A DNA stretch of 63,965 bases, counting the filler, from Choristocarpus tenellus KU-1152 (lineage: Eukaryota; Protista; Phaeophyceae): assembly GCA_964200185.2 (NCBI GenBank). It is 11 parts of 11 records of this genome, joined end to end, with 100 filler letters (N's around TTAATTAATTAA, not from the genome) between each part and the next. Parts side by side here need not be neighbours in the genome. Positions count along the whole stretch, not along the records: positions 32,417 to 36,368 come from CAXNAD020016966.1; positions 36,469 to 42,935 come from CAXNAD020008078.1; positions 43,036 to 51,289 come from CAXNAD020004932.1; 8 more parts are not named here. One strand, given 5' to 3'. Positions within the stretch are counted from its first letter, which is position 1; every line of letters begins with the position of its first letter. This document shows, piece by piece, positions 35,568-46,870 of this stretch. Below the pieces are notes generated by a model that was not told the DNA's origin, ran no database searches, and worked only from the letters and a program-made list of their open reading frames with translations. The position numbers were made by a program, and so were the translations under genes.

Positions 35568-36043
35568 GCGCCAAAATTGTCAACCCCTCAACAATTTTTA
35601 AAATAAGAAGGCGCACGTGTACCCGAACTTAATATGGAATTGTTGTGTTGCTTTTCACTGGCAGTTTCGTCGATTTACAAAAAAAGAGTTCATATTTCGT
35701 CAGTAAATACACACTACGTAATTTCTGGTAGTCGACCTTCGCGTGTGATGCGTTCACCTATCTCTAGTCGATGCCTAGCAAAGCACACCAGTGTTGTTTC
35801 GCTGGGGCCTGTTGGGTAAGGATCAAGGTGTGACAGGAGTATTTGATAATGTGTATGCATGTTCAATGATCCCTTACATTATCGTAGTGATGTCACAAGA
35901 ATATGTCCCCTTTGGTGATATTTTAGGATAGAATTGTGCACATCAGTGTCAGTGTTTGGTCTCTACATGGACTAAGCTGGTGGACCATATTACTACATCA
36001 TACGAACTAACCAGGAAAGCACAAGGGTGTGGTCACATCCACC

Positions 36044-36368
36044 TGTTGAAATATTCCACACTGGACCCTAGGCTTTGGTGCTTTGATGAAAGACGGTGAA
36101 TAGCTTGGTGTAGATATGCAAAGTTAATATTACAAGGGGCTTGTGGTCTCGATTCCGCTGACTGAGAACGTGGGTAAGACCAGTGCAGACTACCATGTGG
36201 TATTTGCAACGTCCACATGGATAATCAGAAAAGAATCATATCTACTTACCATACGTGCCATATATGATATGTCAACTATGATCCAAAATCAGGTCCCTAC
36301 CATACATGAACGTTGTGTAGAGCTCAAATGAAATATACGGAAACATATATCTGGCTCTACCTTTCCTC
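36044..36368 (-). mobile_element. Copia-associated LTR, 3' part, cut by the contig end
   Basis: The reverse complement aligns closely with 63098-63443 and ends ...TTCAACA. Confidence 0.85.
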
Positions 36369-36691
36369 NNNNNNNNNNNNNNNNNNNNNNNNNNNNNNNN
36401 NNNNNNNNNNNNTTAATTAATTAANNNNNNNNNNNNNNNNNNNNNNNNNNNNNNNNNNNNNNNNNNNNGTGACACAATTTGTCTCTCTGAAAGCTGGACT
36501 TGTTGGGCGGGTGGGTGGGTGAGGGCTATTAAATCTTCCAACTAAAATTGCCCTTGGGTTAGTGAAAATTAATCTTCCAAAATTAATCTTCCAAAAGTAG
36601 TCCTATGCAAGAGTACAGCGCGAACTCCGATCACACCACAAACTGTCGAAGGGTTGTAAAAAAAAAATATGTGCTACAACTTTAAACGTAC

Positions 36692-36939
36692 ATTATGACA
36701 TGAAAAAGGTATTATGACATGAAAAAGGTATTATGACAAGATAAAGGGTATTGTGACAAGATAAAGGGTATTGTGACAAGATAAAGGGTATTGTGACAAG
36801 ATAAAGGTATTATGACAAGATAAAGGCATTATGACACGATAAAAGGTATTATGACAAGATAAAGGTATTATGACACGATAAAGGTATTATGACACGATAA
36901 AAGGTATTATGACACGATAAAAGGTATTATGACACGATA
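36692..36939. repeat. Minisatellite of about 13 units, 18-19 bp
   Basis: GGTATT(A/G)TGACA(T/A/C)GA(T/A)AAA(A) in tandem, with blocks of variant units. Confidence 0.92.
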
Positions 36940-37523
36940 GAGTGAGGCATAACAGGGCTGCTAGAGATACTTGCCACCCACAATAATATATATAAAAAAT
37001 AATCTGGAAAAAATGTTCAAAAAAAACACATGTACACACGAATACTTTGGTATGACACTAGCCCATCGGGCATCAGAGACCAAGACAACACAAAGAAAAT
37101 TTCTTGTCTCTAAATTAACAAACCAGAAAAATATATACTACTCCTCTGCTCAGCATAAGTTTGAACGGTTTGTGGGACACACTGTAAACAATACACTGTA
37201 AACAACACACACACACACACACAATGGAATCATAATTTCATTTCTCTTTTAAGGGGATCTTCCAAAGGACCCACTATGAGGTATACCCTAAAATCTCAGC
37301 GAAAGAAGTCCAACATATTCCACCTATTCTAAGGTGCCCACCGCGAGGCAGCAAGAAACACCTTCGCAATGCGGCATTTGTTACACCCCCACAAGCTGTT
37401 CGAACTGGTACTCAACAGAGGAAGTAAAATAAAAAAAGAGGACCATTCTAATATTCCATGCACTATCAAGGGTAAAAAAAAAACATCTAGTGTGTGCTGT
37501 TGTATGACAGTCACATGTTCTGC

Positions 37524-37665
37524 ACATAAACATACATACATACATACATACATACATACATACATACATACACACATACATATATAATATATACATATAT
37601 AATACATACATACATACATACACACACACATACATACATACATACATACATACATACATACATAC
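37524..37665. repeat. (CATA)n microsatellite in an EFL1 intron
   Basis: Imperfect CATA/CA/TA run. Confidence 0.95.
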
Positions 37666-37729
37666 AACAATAACTGCACGAGCAAACAAAATTGAAAATA
37701 CAACAGCACGCAAAATACGTATGTATCAC

Positions 37730-39773
37730 CTCAAGAACGTCGACCACCACAAGGCCACAGTCACATAGACGTGTTGCCGTTGACACATCCGAACTGAAAT
37801 CAATGTGCCCTGGTGAGTCAATCAGATTCACCAGGTAGTTTCCCGGGACAACACCACCAATCCCCTGCCCTCGCCCCTTCCCCTCCCCAGTAGAAGCAGT
37901 TGCAGCAGCGGACGGACTCACATTGGCATCAGCCCCAACTCCATCAGCCCCAACTCCACCCAAGCGTGGCGGCCCACCCCCACAGGCCTTTGCCTCACCC
38001 GCCTGCCCTCTTATACCCCTCAGTTGATGGCCCCCTCCACCCCCTGCGCCAAGTCCTCCAGTTATGCTCTGGAGTGCTGTATCTCCCATGCCCAGAACTT
38101 TCTCTGATACAACCCTGTCCACCTCTGGGCCCTCATTTATACCAGAAACGCCTCCCTCTTTTACTCCAACACTGTGCCCTTGCCCTTGGGCTTGCTTGGG
38201 CCCCTGTTTTCCGGGCTTAGGCCTGGGCTGCAGGGTGTACATGAGAGATATAGCACTCGACTTCATGGTAATACCTCGGACCTGCTCATCCTCCCTGGGT
38301 AATAGGGATGGGGTATTGTATGATAGATGGATGTGTTGCTGGTCTGTGGTCATTCATGGTGAGGTGGGCGGGGTGCTGATGATCCTATGATAAAGTTCAT
38401 GAGGAGTGGCATTATATGTGCAGTATTGTCCGATTGAGTCTTCAAAGTAGTGCCATTGCTGTACGCAGTGTTTGTTCTTGTGAAAGTGGTTCTTGTACAA
38501 TGGAGCACCTAGCTGGTCACTGGACGGAGGTATGCTGTTGGAGGGTGAAAATGTGGACGGAATTTGTAAAATACGGTATAGATACATTTAATTGGCGCAA
38601 ATTCAAGAAATATTTTTGCACGGAATACTCTCCAGGGCAGCACATGTGCCCCTGTACTTCACAGTGGAAGTGGAGATTATCATTTCAGAGGTTTGCGTGG
38701 GATCATACTGCTCACGTGCTATCCAGAAAGCGCAGTTTTCCGGCGAGCTTGGAGGAGATGATGCCATTGGAGCACACCAAGCTGTCAGACAAGCTGCTCA
38801 CGGAAGTTCAGATATTTTAGCCCAAGCCACAGCATCAAACACAGGGATGATAGGACGAACGGGGCATGGGAGAACACCAGCAAACATTAACATATTGAAT
38901 GTCGATGGTGCTCGCATCGATACGGTTGTAGAGCAAGTTGATTGAATGTCGACTTGACCCTCGCATGTAAGGTGTGGTGAAGTCTGGGGGTGGACCCTTC
39001 AAGGATGAGGTTTGTGGGAGAGATTACAACGTGCAAGTGTGGTGGTGGTCCATGGACACAGGAGATACCTGAATATACAGGACTTTTCGATCGATCAGAA
39101 CCAAGGCCATGTTCTCTACAACGTAGTGTAGCTAAACACTGTTGATCACAAAGCTAAAGCCATCTACTCCGCAATATGATCTCCACAAAAGTTGGTCAAC
39201 GACTTACTTGTTCACCATGGACCAACAAGAAATAGCTACCTATGTCGCAATGACCAAGTTTGCGACACATGCAAAGGGTATCTTGCCACACGCTTCATCA
39301 TGAACAATTGAGTGCTGCAAAATAAAAACCTCAAGCCTTCTTATGACCTCCAGGAAAAGACTCAAGTCAAGGGCATATCAAGGAAAAGCCAAGCCAACAT
39401 CACTGGCCCATCGCCGAGGCCAAGATGGCAATGCAGGGCCTCCAGTAGTAACTGCTTCAAGCCACTATGAGCTTAGAAGCACGAGCAAGCTCCCGCCAAG
39501 CTCATTGCGGGTATATTCAATGGGATTGCACAGCAGGTTCAGTCGCCATCTAGTCTGTCAATGAGGTCTCATACCGAACAACAAAAAGAGACATCTACAC
39601 CTACTCCAGATCACTAGAGCGTTTTTCACGAAACACAATGATGCTCACGTGGTCTTTCCGTGGTCAACGTGGGCAAGAATGCAAACGTTGCGAACTCTCG
39701 ATGTGTCCTCTTGGAGAGCGCTCAGTTCCTTGGGCTCAACCCTCTTCCCCCCAGCCCGAGGGAAGCCTGCCAT
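37730..39773 (-). CDS. EFL1: Elongation factor-like GTPase 1 (Ria1), N-terminal G domain
   Basis: Exons 39773-39649, 38793-38716 and 38294-37730: [59 protein letters not shown]...[43 protein letters not shown] and STAxRLCD favour EFL1 over eEF2. Confidence 0.93.
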
Positions 39774-39790
39774 CACCACTCCTGACCTTG

Positions 39791-39842
<52 letters not shown>

Positions 39843-40102
39843 CTATCTTAGCTTTCTCCTACCTCATCAAGCGAGAGATAGAGAACACGACGACTCTCTT
39901 TGGAAGTAACGATCCTCTATCTGCACCAACTCCGTCGCCTTCTGCAACTTGTGTGTGTATGTTGTTTACTCCTAGGGTCCTACATAGGTATTTATTAGGT
40001 TAAAACTTCATTTGATTTTTGAAACTATAACTTCATTTCATTTATTCAACCAATATACGCAATAGCGATGGTGACAGACTTACCTCTTCGATTAGAGTTC
40101 TA
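39774..40102. promoter_or_regulatory. Putative bidirectional promoter (329 bp) containing a (CT)n microsatellite at 39796-39840
   Basis: The start codons of EFL1 (39773, minus) and the UBL-wHTH gene (40103, plus) are head to head on one contig. Confidence 0.55.
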
Positions 40103-41735
40103 ATGGCTACAGTCCATTTGGCTCGAAACGAGAGTGTTGGGAGTGAAGATAACAAAAAGAGAGTTTTGGTGATTCGCGCTCGTGATGCATCATGCGACTG
40201 GGTGATGGGAGATGACCTGATTCTGGAGGTCAAAGGAGACGAAACCATGATTGATGTGCAAGAGGTAACTTACAAGCACAGGAAAGGAGCAAGCACCCTC
40301 TATAGCACCTGTTCAAAGCAGAAAGCGGAGTGGCGTCTTGTTAATCCCTACCACCCATGTGCTCAAATCTCGACCCTCATATGTGGACATCGATGGATCG
40401 CGTTTGATGGAATGGTGGGTTGTGCATAGATACTCAAGTCTATCAAGGGTATTCCGGTCACTCGGGCATCGCTATGGAAAGGAACGGACCCTCCAAGTCC
40501 AATATCTGACAAGCACATGGAATGGAATCTCAACCGGAACGGGCTCTACGACGGCGATATGATTGAGGTGTACCCTTGACGTTTTGCGTTGGTTCTTTGT
40601 TGGAGTAAAAAACAGTGGAGAGCGATAATACCTGTGCACTGTCTACACAACAACATATTTGTGCCGCATCAGCTGTGCAAGCAAGGTGCATAGTGCCGCA
40701 GCAGTGAAGCATTGGACAGGTGAAAAACACTTCTGCCTTAATTAAGCGCAGCACCATCTTGGTGCCTTACGCATTTCCGTAATGCGAACGACGACAGGTT
40801 CGACCATCCCGTTCAAACCAGTGGCTTTGGCACCCTTTGGAGTGGTACGAAGAGCACATTCTCAAGGAGGTGATACGTATCACAGAAGAATCGAGGTGGA
40901 AGGGTAGAGGATGCCCCCTTTCATACATCACAGCTGAGGTCCCAATGCCGCCGCCTCTCCATAGGTGAGTTCTTGAAAGTGCTACTTTTACACGACCACT
41001 TGTGATTGCAAGGAATCTCCTGCTCCTTACACAACGTTTCAGGCACTGACGGTTAGTGTGCACCGTAACTCTTCAATATATGCCTCTCTAATTTTTAATC
41101 CAGATCAAATCCCATTGACCGCAAAGGATGGCAGTCTTGGTGATCTATCCGAGTATTAGACTGTGCCGCAAACTTCCGATTCTGACTTACACCATGTTGG
41201 TTCTGTGTTGTATGCCCTACGATTGTCAATCCAAATGGGTTTTGCTACTTAATTTTGTCCACCTAACAGCTGTGGCAAGCTATGACCCAGCTGTTGGTAT
41301 CCTGTCACCAACAATAATCTGTGAAATCTCTAGCACCGTAGTCTTTGCCGTTGGAAGCTGAACAATTTTGGTTTTCTTTGCCGAAACGGTCATGATAAAC
41401 ATAGAAAAAAGCTCTTCAGTTATGACTGAACCAGCAAAAAATGAGGTAAATCTCTATAAAGGCAGGCAGTAGATAGGAAAACTGTAGCAAAATAGTGAGA
41501 TACTACTTGTAAGTAAAATGCTTTGGAGCAGTCTATGGGAGATGGAATCTATATAGAGGTAGACAGCAATACTAATGGGCGATGTGATTGCTTGGCTCCC
41601 CCCTTGCCCAGGCAATCCTTGAGAGGACTCCTACGGAAGTACCCAGAGCGTATTCGACTTGAGCTTGATCTGGTATCTCAGAGGTTCTATGTCCAATCCA
41701 ACAGCAATAAGTGGCTGCTTCCATCCTCAGCATGA
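40103..41735 (+). CDS. Complete 196-aa hypothetical protein: ubiquitin-like N-terminal half plus a helical, winged-helix-like C-terminal half
   Basis: Exons 40103-40264, 40430-40567, 40798-40964 and 41612-41735 are all GT-AG and phase-consistent from ATG to TGA. Segments: LILEVKGDETMIDVQE|ILKSIKGIPVTRASLW...WNLNRNGLYDGDMIE|VRP...SLRGLLRKYPERIRLE. The fold calls are inference. Confidence 0.85.
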
Positions 41736-42677
41736 CACCTTAGTGTGATGGCACACCTTGCTTGTGGTGTCCACCATTGAAGAAAACAAGTGCATGTCCA
41801 TTTTCAGGGCAATCTTCAGAGACCACTACAAAGTGGACAATTTCCAATTTAATACTTATTGTTAATTGGTTGTTGGAAAATGATCAATACATACATCAAA
41901 TACTTGTAACTCCACCATCAAAAATGTCAACCATACTTGTAGCACATGTTGTACAACCTACCCCTCTCTTCACATATATTCAATATTTACCAGATGTTTG
42001 CACATTTCCCTTACACGAATAACAAACAAACGGCATCTATTTTTCAACTATCTTTTCCACTGCTTGAAAATGTTGCCTCTTGTAGGAGCCTTTCCCTTGA
42101 AGGCAGGTCTCCCCTTCAAGAAGAGATCATCAACTCCAAGGTAATACCACAGTCGTATATTCCGAGCTTACAATGGCTCTTGTAGTAACGAAAGGCAAAA
42201 TGTATAACACTAACTACTGGTTTATCAGTAGAGATGCAATCTGAGTATACCCTTTTCCCCAGACTGCGGTGACTGGTTGGTCACTGGCGAGGACTGCACA
42301 TCAGGTACAATCTTGATCCCACATGGGTTAACTGTTTTGATATATTTTTTGTAATCTAATGGGCACCCACGATATTGAACATGCCACCCAGCAAATCCCT
42401 GGACCACGACTACACCTTCATGCCTCCTTCATAACCGAAGAAAGGAACAAAAAAACGTCCTGGCTGCTGACAATGGACACTAAACACATTTGCCATTCCA
42501 GAAAGCATATGCCTTCAGTTGTGCCTTGCCTTTCTATGCACCTCATAATCAATTTAAGGCTGTCAGGAACATTCATGGTGCTGGCTGCAGGGACATCTCA
42601 CGTTTATCATCCAATATCCCGCTCGTGTCCATATCATAATTATTATATGTGTTCAATAATTCTATTTCCCTATTCTT

Positions 42678-42935
42678 GTGCTAATCGATCTCCAGAATGT
42701 ACATGACTCTGTTGATGGTGATCGCCTATGGATTGTGATGGGTAAATTTGGCACACCTCCGAAGACGATTTCTGTCATCTGCCAATTCCACAATGGTATG
42801 AGGGCACATGTTTGCATGGATGATGGTGAGGGCACAGACTGGTTCGAGGTTGTTGAACAGGGTGTTGGACAGGGGGGTGTTCTTGCTCTGATCCTCTTCA
42901 CCACATTCTTCGCTGCAATACTAAGTGTGGCAGTT
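42678..42935 (+). mobile_element. Degenerate non-LTR (RTE-like LINE) reverse transcriptase fragment
   Basis: IDLQNVHDSVDGDRLW...FGTPPKTISVICQFHNGMRAHV...EQGVGQGGVLALILF corresponds to the FxDLxKAYDSV...GxRQGCVLAPxLF RT motifs, with decayed residues. Confidence 0.9.
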
Positions 42936-43731
42936 NNNNNNNNNNNNNNNNNNNNNNNNNNNNNNNNNNNNNNNNNNNNTTAATTAATTAANNNNNNNNN
43001 NNNNNNNNNNNNNNNNNNNNNNNNNNNNNNNNNNNCCATCCTTTTTTCCCATCTGGTGAGTCAACCATATATATGATGGTGTTAATTTAAGCAGACCAAT
43101 TGAGGGCTGTGAGGAAGGGATACTCATAACCCGAAAACAAAGGAAGCAGGAAGCAGTTCAGATAGAATGGGAACTTGAAAGTATTGTACAACATTGAAGC
43201 ACATCAAGGAATCATGGATGCTGGCAGTATGTCACTGTGTCCTCTATCCTAAACTTGAACCAAGTCAGTATTCATTCAACCCCTTGTCCATGGAGGATAG
43301 GATAAACCTCAAACCTTGGACATACTATATCTTGATGGGATTTGCAAGGCAAGACACTGGCAAGCTACAAGACCACAAACCCAACCCACACATGTTGAAC
43401 CTTACTACCTAATCATCATGGACAACAAGCAACATGTAAACCTCATAAAAAGCAACCATATCTAAAGTTTAATGCCTAAACTAGAATTTCCCTTACATCT
43501 AAGGTGGCGTATAAATGTATGCTCTCATAAACAAATAGGAACCATACAGTAGTCTTTGTCTGCATGTGGGTGAAGGCAGGGCTTGTGTGTACACACATCA
43601 AGGCAGATGTTTCCTCTGAGTAGCAGTAAGGGGATAACAGGCCCTGAGAATTGCATGGGAATAGAAGCCTCCAAAATGCAACACAGTTATATCCTTCTGC
43701 TGCCACTCTGGGGTCCATTATTATCTCTTAC

Positions 43732-44995
43732 CGGTCAATGTCGTTTAGTTGAGGGTCACTCTCAAGATCATGAGCAATTTCTGAAAGATCAGAACGATTC
43801 TTCAACCCAGGTAGGGCTGACCCCAGCAGCTGCAGAAAGGAAACTGCCGCCTCTGGCATGGGGAGGGTATCAGGAAAAAGCAAGAGAAAACCAAATTCAA
43901 ACGTGACTGTTTAAGGGAGCACAACACATAGAATGGGGAAGATAAAGGACAACAACTGAGCCTGCCACAGTGGTCAAAGGTTCAATGGGTTGGCCTCTAT
44001 CGTAAACGCACCTAGGCGCTCCTTTGGCATCTCCATACCCTCTGTAAAGAGAGCAGTAGTCAGGGCAAAGTGTACTGACGACATCGCGTCTGCGACGCGA
44101 AGGCCACAAGAAGGTTCTCCTTCCTTATTCTCGATTGCCTCCAACCCCTGACCAGCTTCAAATAAACCTCCGATTGGGAGCTCTTGCACTGCTTCTAATA
44201 AGGGCTTTGCACCCCATGCTAGTCCATCTTGTGGTTTGGCGATCAAGTCCGGAAAAGCTTCGGAAATGCTCTTCATAACAGCATCAAATGATCTTACCCC
44301 ATTGACTAATGTCTTGGGCTTACCCGTGGTTCCACCCAAGGAGTTGATCGCCACGACAGTAGGGAAGCTGCGCACGGATAACGTGGAGCAGGTCTTCGAA
44401 TATGCACCACAATTGACAGAACCCACTAGTACGGAAGTTTTGTTGAGCGCATCCCCAACCTTCTCCCACTTTGGGTGAGGACGGAGAATACACAAGGCCG
44501 GGGAAGGTTGTGGTGGTTCTGTTCAGCCCAAAACGTGGAAAGAGCGCTAGCAAACTGTGCATTTGGGGGTTATTTCACCAAGACACAGTTGAGAAAGAGC
44601 GAAGTGTACGTAGAAATTACGTCGAGAAGCATCTGTAGAATTGTATGGGGGAGAAAGTACGAAACACGTTTGTTTTGATGGATGTTGAGTTTCGTGCCAT
44701 GCGAGCTATGGAGTAGAATGAGGATAAGGCTGTTTTCAGTAGCAAACAAGAGAGTCCCATTGCTCACCTTTGACTTAAACCTCTTGCAATGTCCGCACCA
44801 GGGAGAATAGCAGTCCAGTACCCAATGTTCATCTCCCTCAAGTGCCTGTCGAACACCCTCAGGGTCGAGCTCTTTCACAGATCCCCGCTTTGGAAACAGG
44901 AACGGTACCTTTTTTTTTCCGCCTACTAGACTGATCATGAGGCCCATAGCAAGGCCGTGAGCAATACCCCGTGGCCACAACCAAGCCCTTCCCAT
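43732..44995 (-). CDS. Secretory thioredoxin-domain protein, probably a quiescin-sulfhydryl oxidase (QSOX-like); 5' part
   Basis: Exons 44995-44768, 44468-44012 and 43852-43732. Hydrophobic N-terminus, YSPWCGHC, VGSVNC...C...VRSFPTV, then a helix-rich-region-like DAMSSVHFAL...ERLEAAVSFLQLLGSALPG. The Erv/ALR domain is not seen, presumably beyond the contig end. Confidence 0.8.
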
Positions 44996-45136
44996 CTTTT
45001 TTAGGTGAAACTGAGAAAAAATTCTTCAACCAATACCATTGAACCTGTCATCTAATGCCTTTACAGGGTATTGAAACCATAGGGTTTTGTGTTTGAGGTG
45101 GAGACAGCAAGAGTGCCAACTACAAACTGCTTCATC
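44996..45136. promoter_or_regulatory. Putative compact bidirectional promoter (141 bp)
   Basis: Divergent ATGs at 44995 (minus) and 45137 (plus). Confidence 0.55.
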
Positions 45137-46870
45137 ATGGCCGTGGAGTCCAAACTCGATAGGGATTTGGTCCGCCAGGCCTCCTCTGCACTCTTGAAGC
45201 ACATCGAGTCCAGGAAAGGTGCTAAATCGTCCCTTGTTGAGGACAATGGGGAGGTCATTCTCATTCAGGTGGCACTCCACAAAATACCTGAGAAAATCTC
45301 GGTCAAGCCCGTCCGAATCAATATCCCTCACCCAATCAGGCGCCGCGATGATTGCGATATGTGTCTTTTTATCAAGGATGATGAAAAAGAGTTGATGAAG
45401 GATCTCCTCGAAGAGCAGCAAGTCGTTGGCCTCTCGAAGGTGGGTGGTCGCAACCAATTGCCACCAATTTGCCATACTTTTAGCTAGTTGGAATATGCTC
45501 AGAGAAAATCTGCAAGGACCGAATCGTGGACAAAAAGTTATTTTAGTTAGGTGCTTAACAGTTTGATACAAGGTTGACCACGGATTGAGGGAAAACACAG
45601 AGATTTTTAGTGGTACGCTGGACGACTTGCGAGTCTTATCGCACTCCAGGTATGTGCCTGCCTGTGGACCTCGAAGTCATCTAAGCCTTCGACTGGAAAG
45701 TAGATTGCGATTATCATCAGGTCCTGCCCATACTTTCATGTCTGTGGCTCACATTTAGCGTACCGGATGATAGTAGACGAGGTGCAAGAGGCATCGATGC
45801 TTCAAAATGCAATCAGCCTTATATTAACGACCGTACCATCTGCTCCACATTTCATACCACAGATCATCAAACTGCAAAAGCTGCGAACAAGCTACAAGCA
45901 ATTCAAAGATCGGCGCGAGTTAATGGGGCAGTTTGATCTCTTCCTGTGCGACGACCGCATTATGCCAATGCTTACCAAGGCGCTCGGGAAGACGTTCATG
46001 AGCGCGAAGAAGCAACCCGTTCCTTTGCATCTTAACCGCCGAGCTTCCCTCGGGAATCAGATCGCCCTCGCGAGGGATAATACTCATCTCTGCAAGAGCT
46101 ACGGATGCTGCTGGGCCCTCAAGCTGGCAAACACCTCCATGACAGAGAAGCAAGTATTCGAAAACGTAATGGCTGGGGTGTCTGGGATGGTTGAGCACGT
46201 GCCTAAGAAGTGGGAAAACATACAATCTATTCAAATCAAATCGACCAACTCAATAGCGCTGCCCATATACAGCAGCTTTGGTGATTTGCCGACTGCAAAA
46301 CCCCCTGCTGCAAGTATCAAGCCTGGGGTTGGGGGCACCAACAATCGTACAGATGGGAAGAAAGAGGAGGGGAAAGGGGTTGACGGGGTACCAGAAAAAC
46401 AGAAAAAGGTGAAACGACCACGCCCACTCCTTCACCAACAACTCAAAAAGGTTGCAACCCAGTTAAAGGCAGAGAAAACTGCCCTCGAGAACAACGATGC
46501 TGGTCGTGGCAACTCAGTAGCTGACATCGCTATAGCCTCAACAGTCAATGCAAAGGCTGCAACGGCTGAGGAGGTCAGTGCAACACCATTGCCAGCATCC
46601 GCGAAGGTGAAAAAATATAAAATAAAGTCCCTACCAACGTTATCTCACAGTGTATCTCTAGGAAAAATGGCAGATTCAGAAGGGGAGGGGGGAAAGAAAG
46701 TGGGTGCTGCCAAGTCAAAGAGCTCAGAAAAAAGGGTTAGAAAGAGAAAGGCTGAGCAACCAGCGTCAGAGGAAGACAGTGGGGTGGTGGAGAAAAGGAT
46801 AGCATCAAAGAAAAAGAAAGGGGGAACGGGGAGGAAGCAAGCTATGCGCAAGAAGGTTACTCAAATTTAA
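45137..46870 (+). CDS. RSL1D1: Ribosomal L1 domain-containing protein 1 (Utp30/Cic1-like), 436 aa
   Basis: Exons 45137-45439 and 45863-46870. Motifs KPVRINIPHP, CLFIKD, KLRTSYKQFKDRRELMGQFDLFLCDDRIMPML, GKTF..AKKQPVP, KKWENIQSIQIKSTNSIALPIY, and a Lys-rich tail. Confidence 0.93.

Noticed and set aside
36692-36939. CRISPR-like periodicity (also 27965-28069)
   Set aside because: Units are contiguous without unique spacers, no cas genes are present, and the context is eukaryotic.
37329-37713. ORFs rich in MYVC/HTYI repeats
   Set aside because: Translations of the (CATA)n microsatellite.
45026-45598. 190-aa minus-strand ORF
   Set aside because: Antisense shadow of RSL1D1 exon 1.
37730-46870. 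Apparent ribosome-biogenesis cluster (EFL1 near RSL1D1)
   Set aside because: The genes are on different contigs separated by the spacer at 42936-43035.
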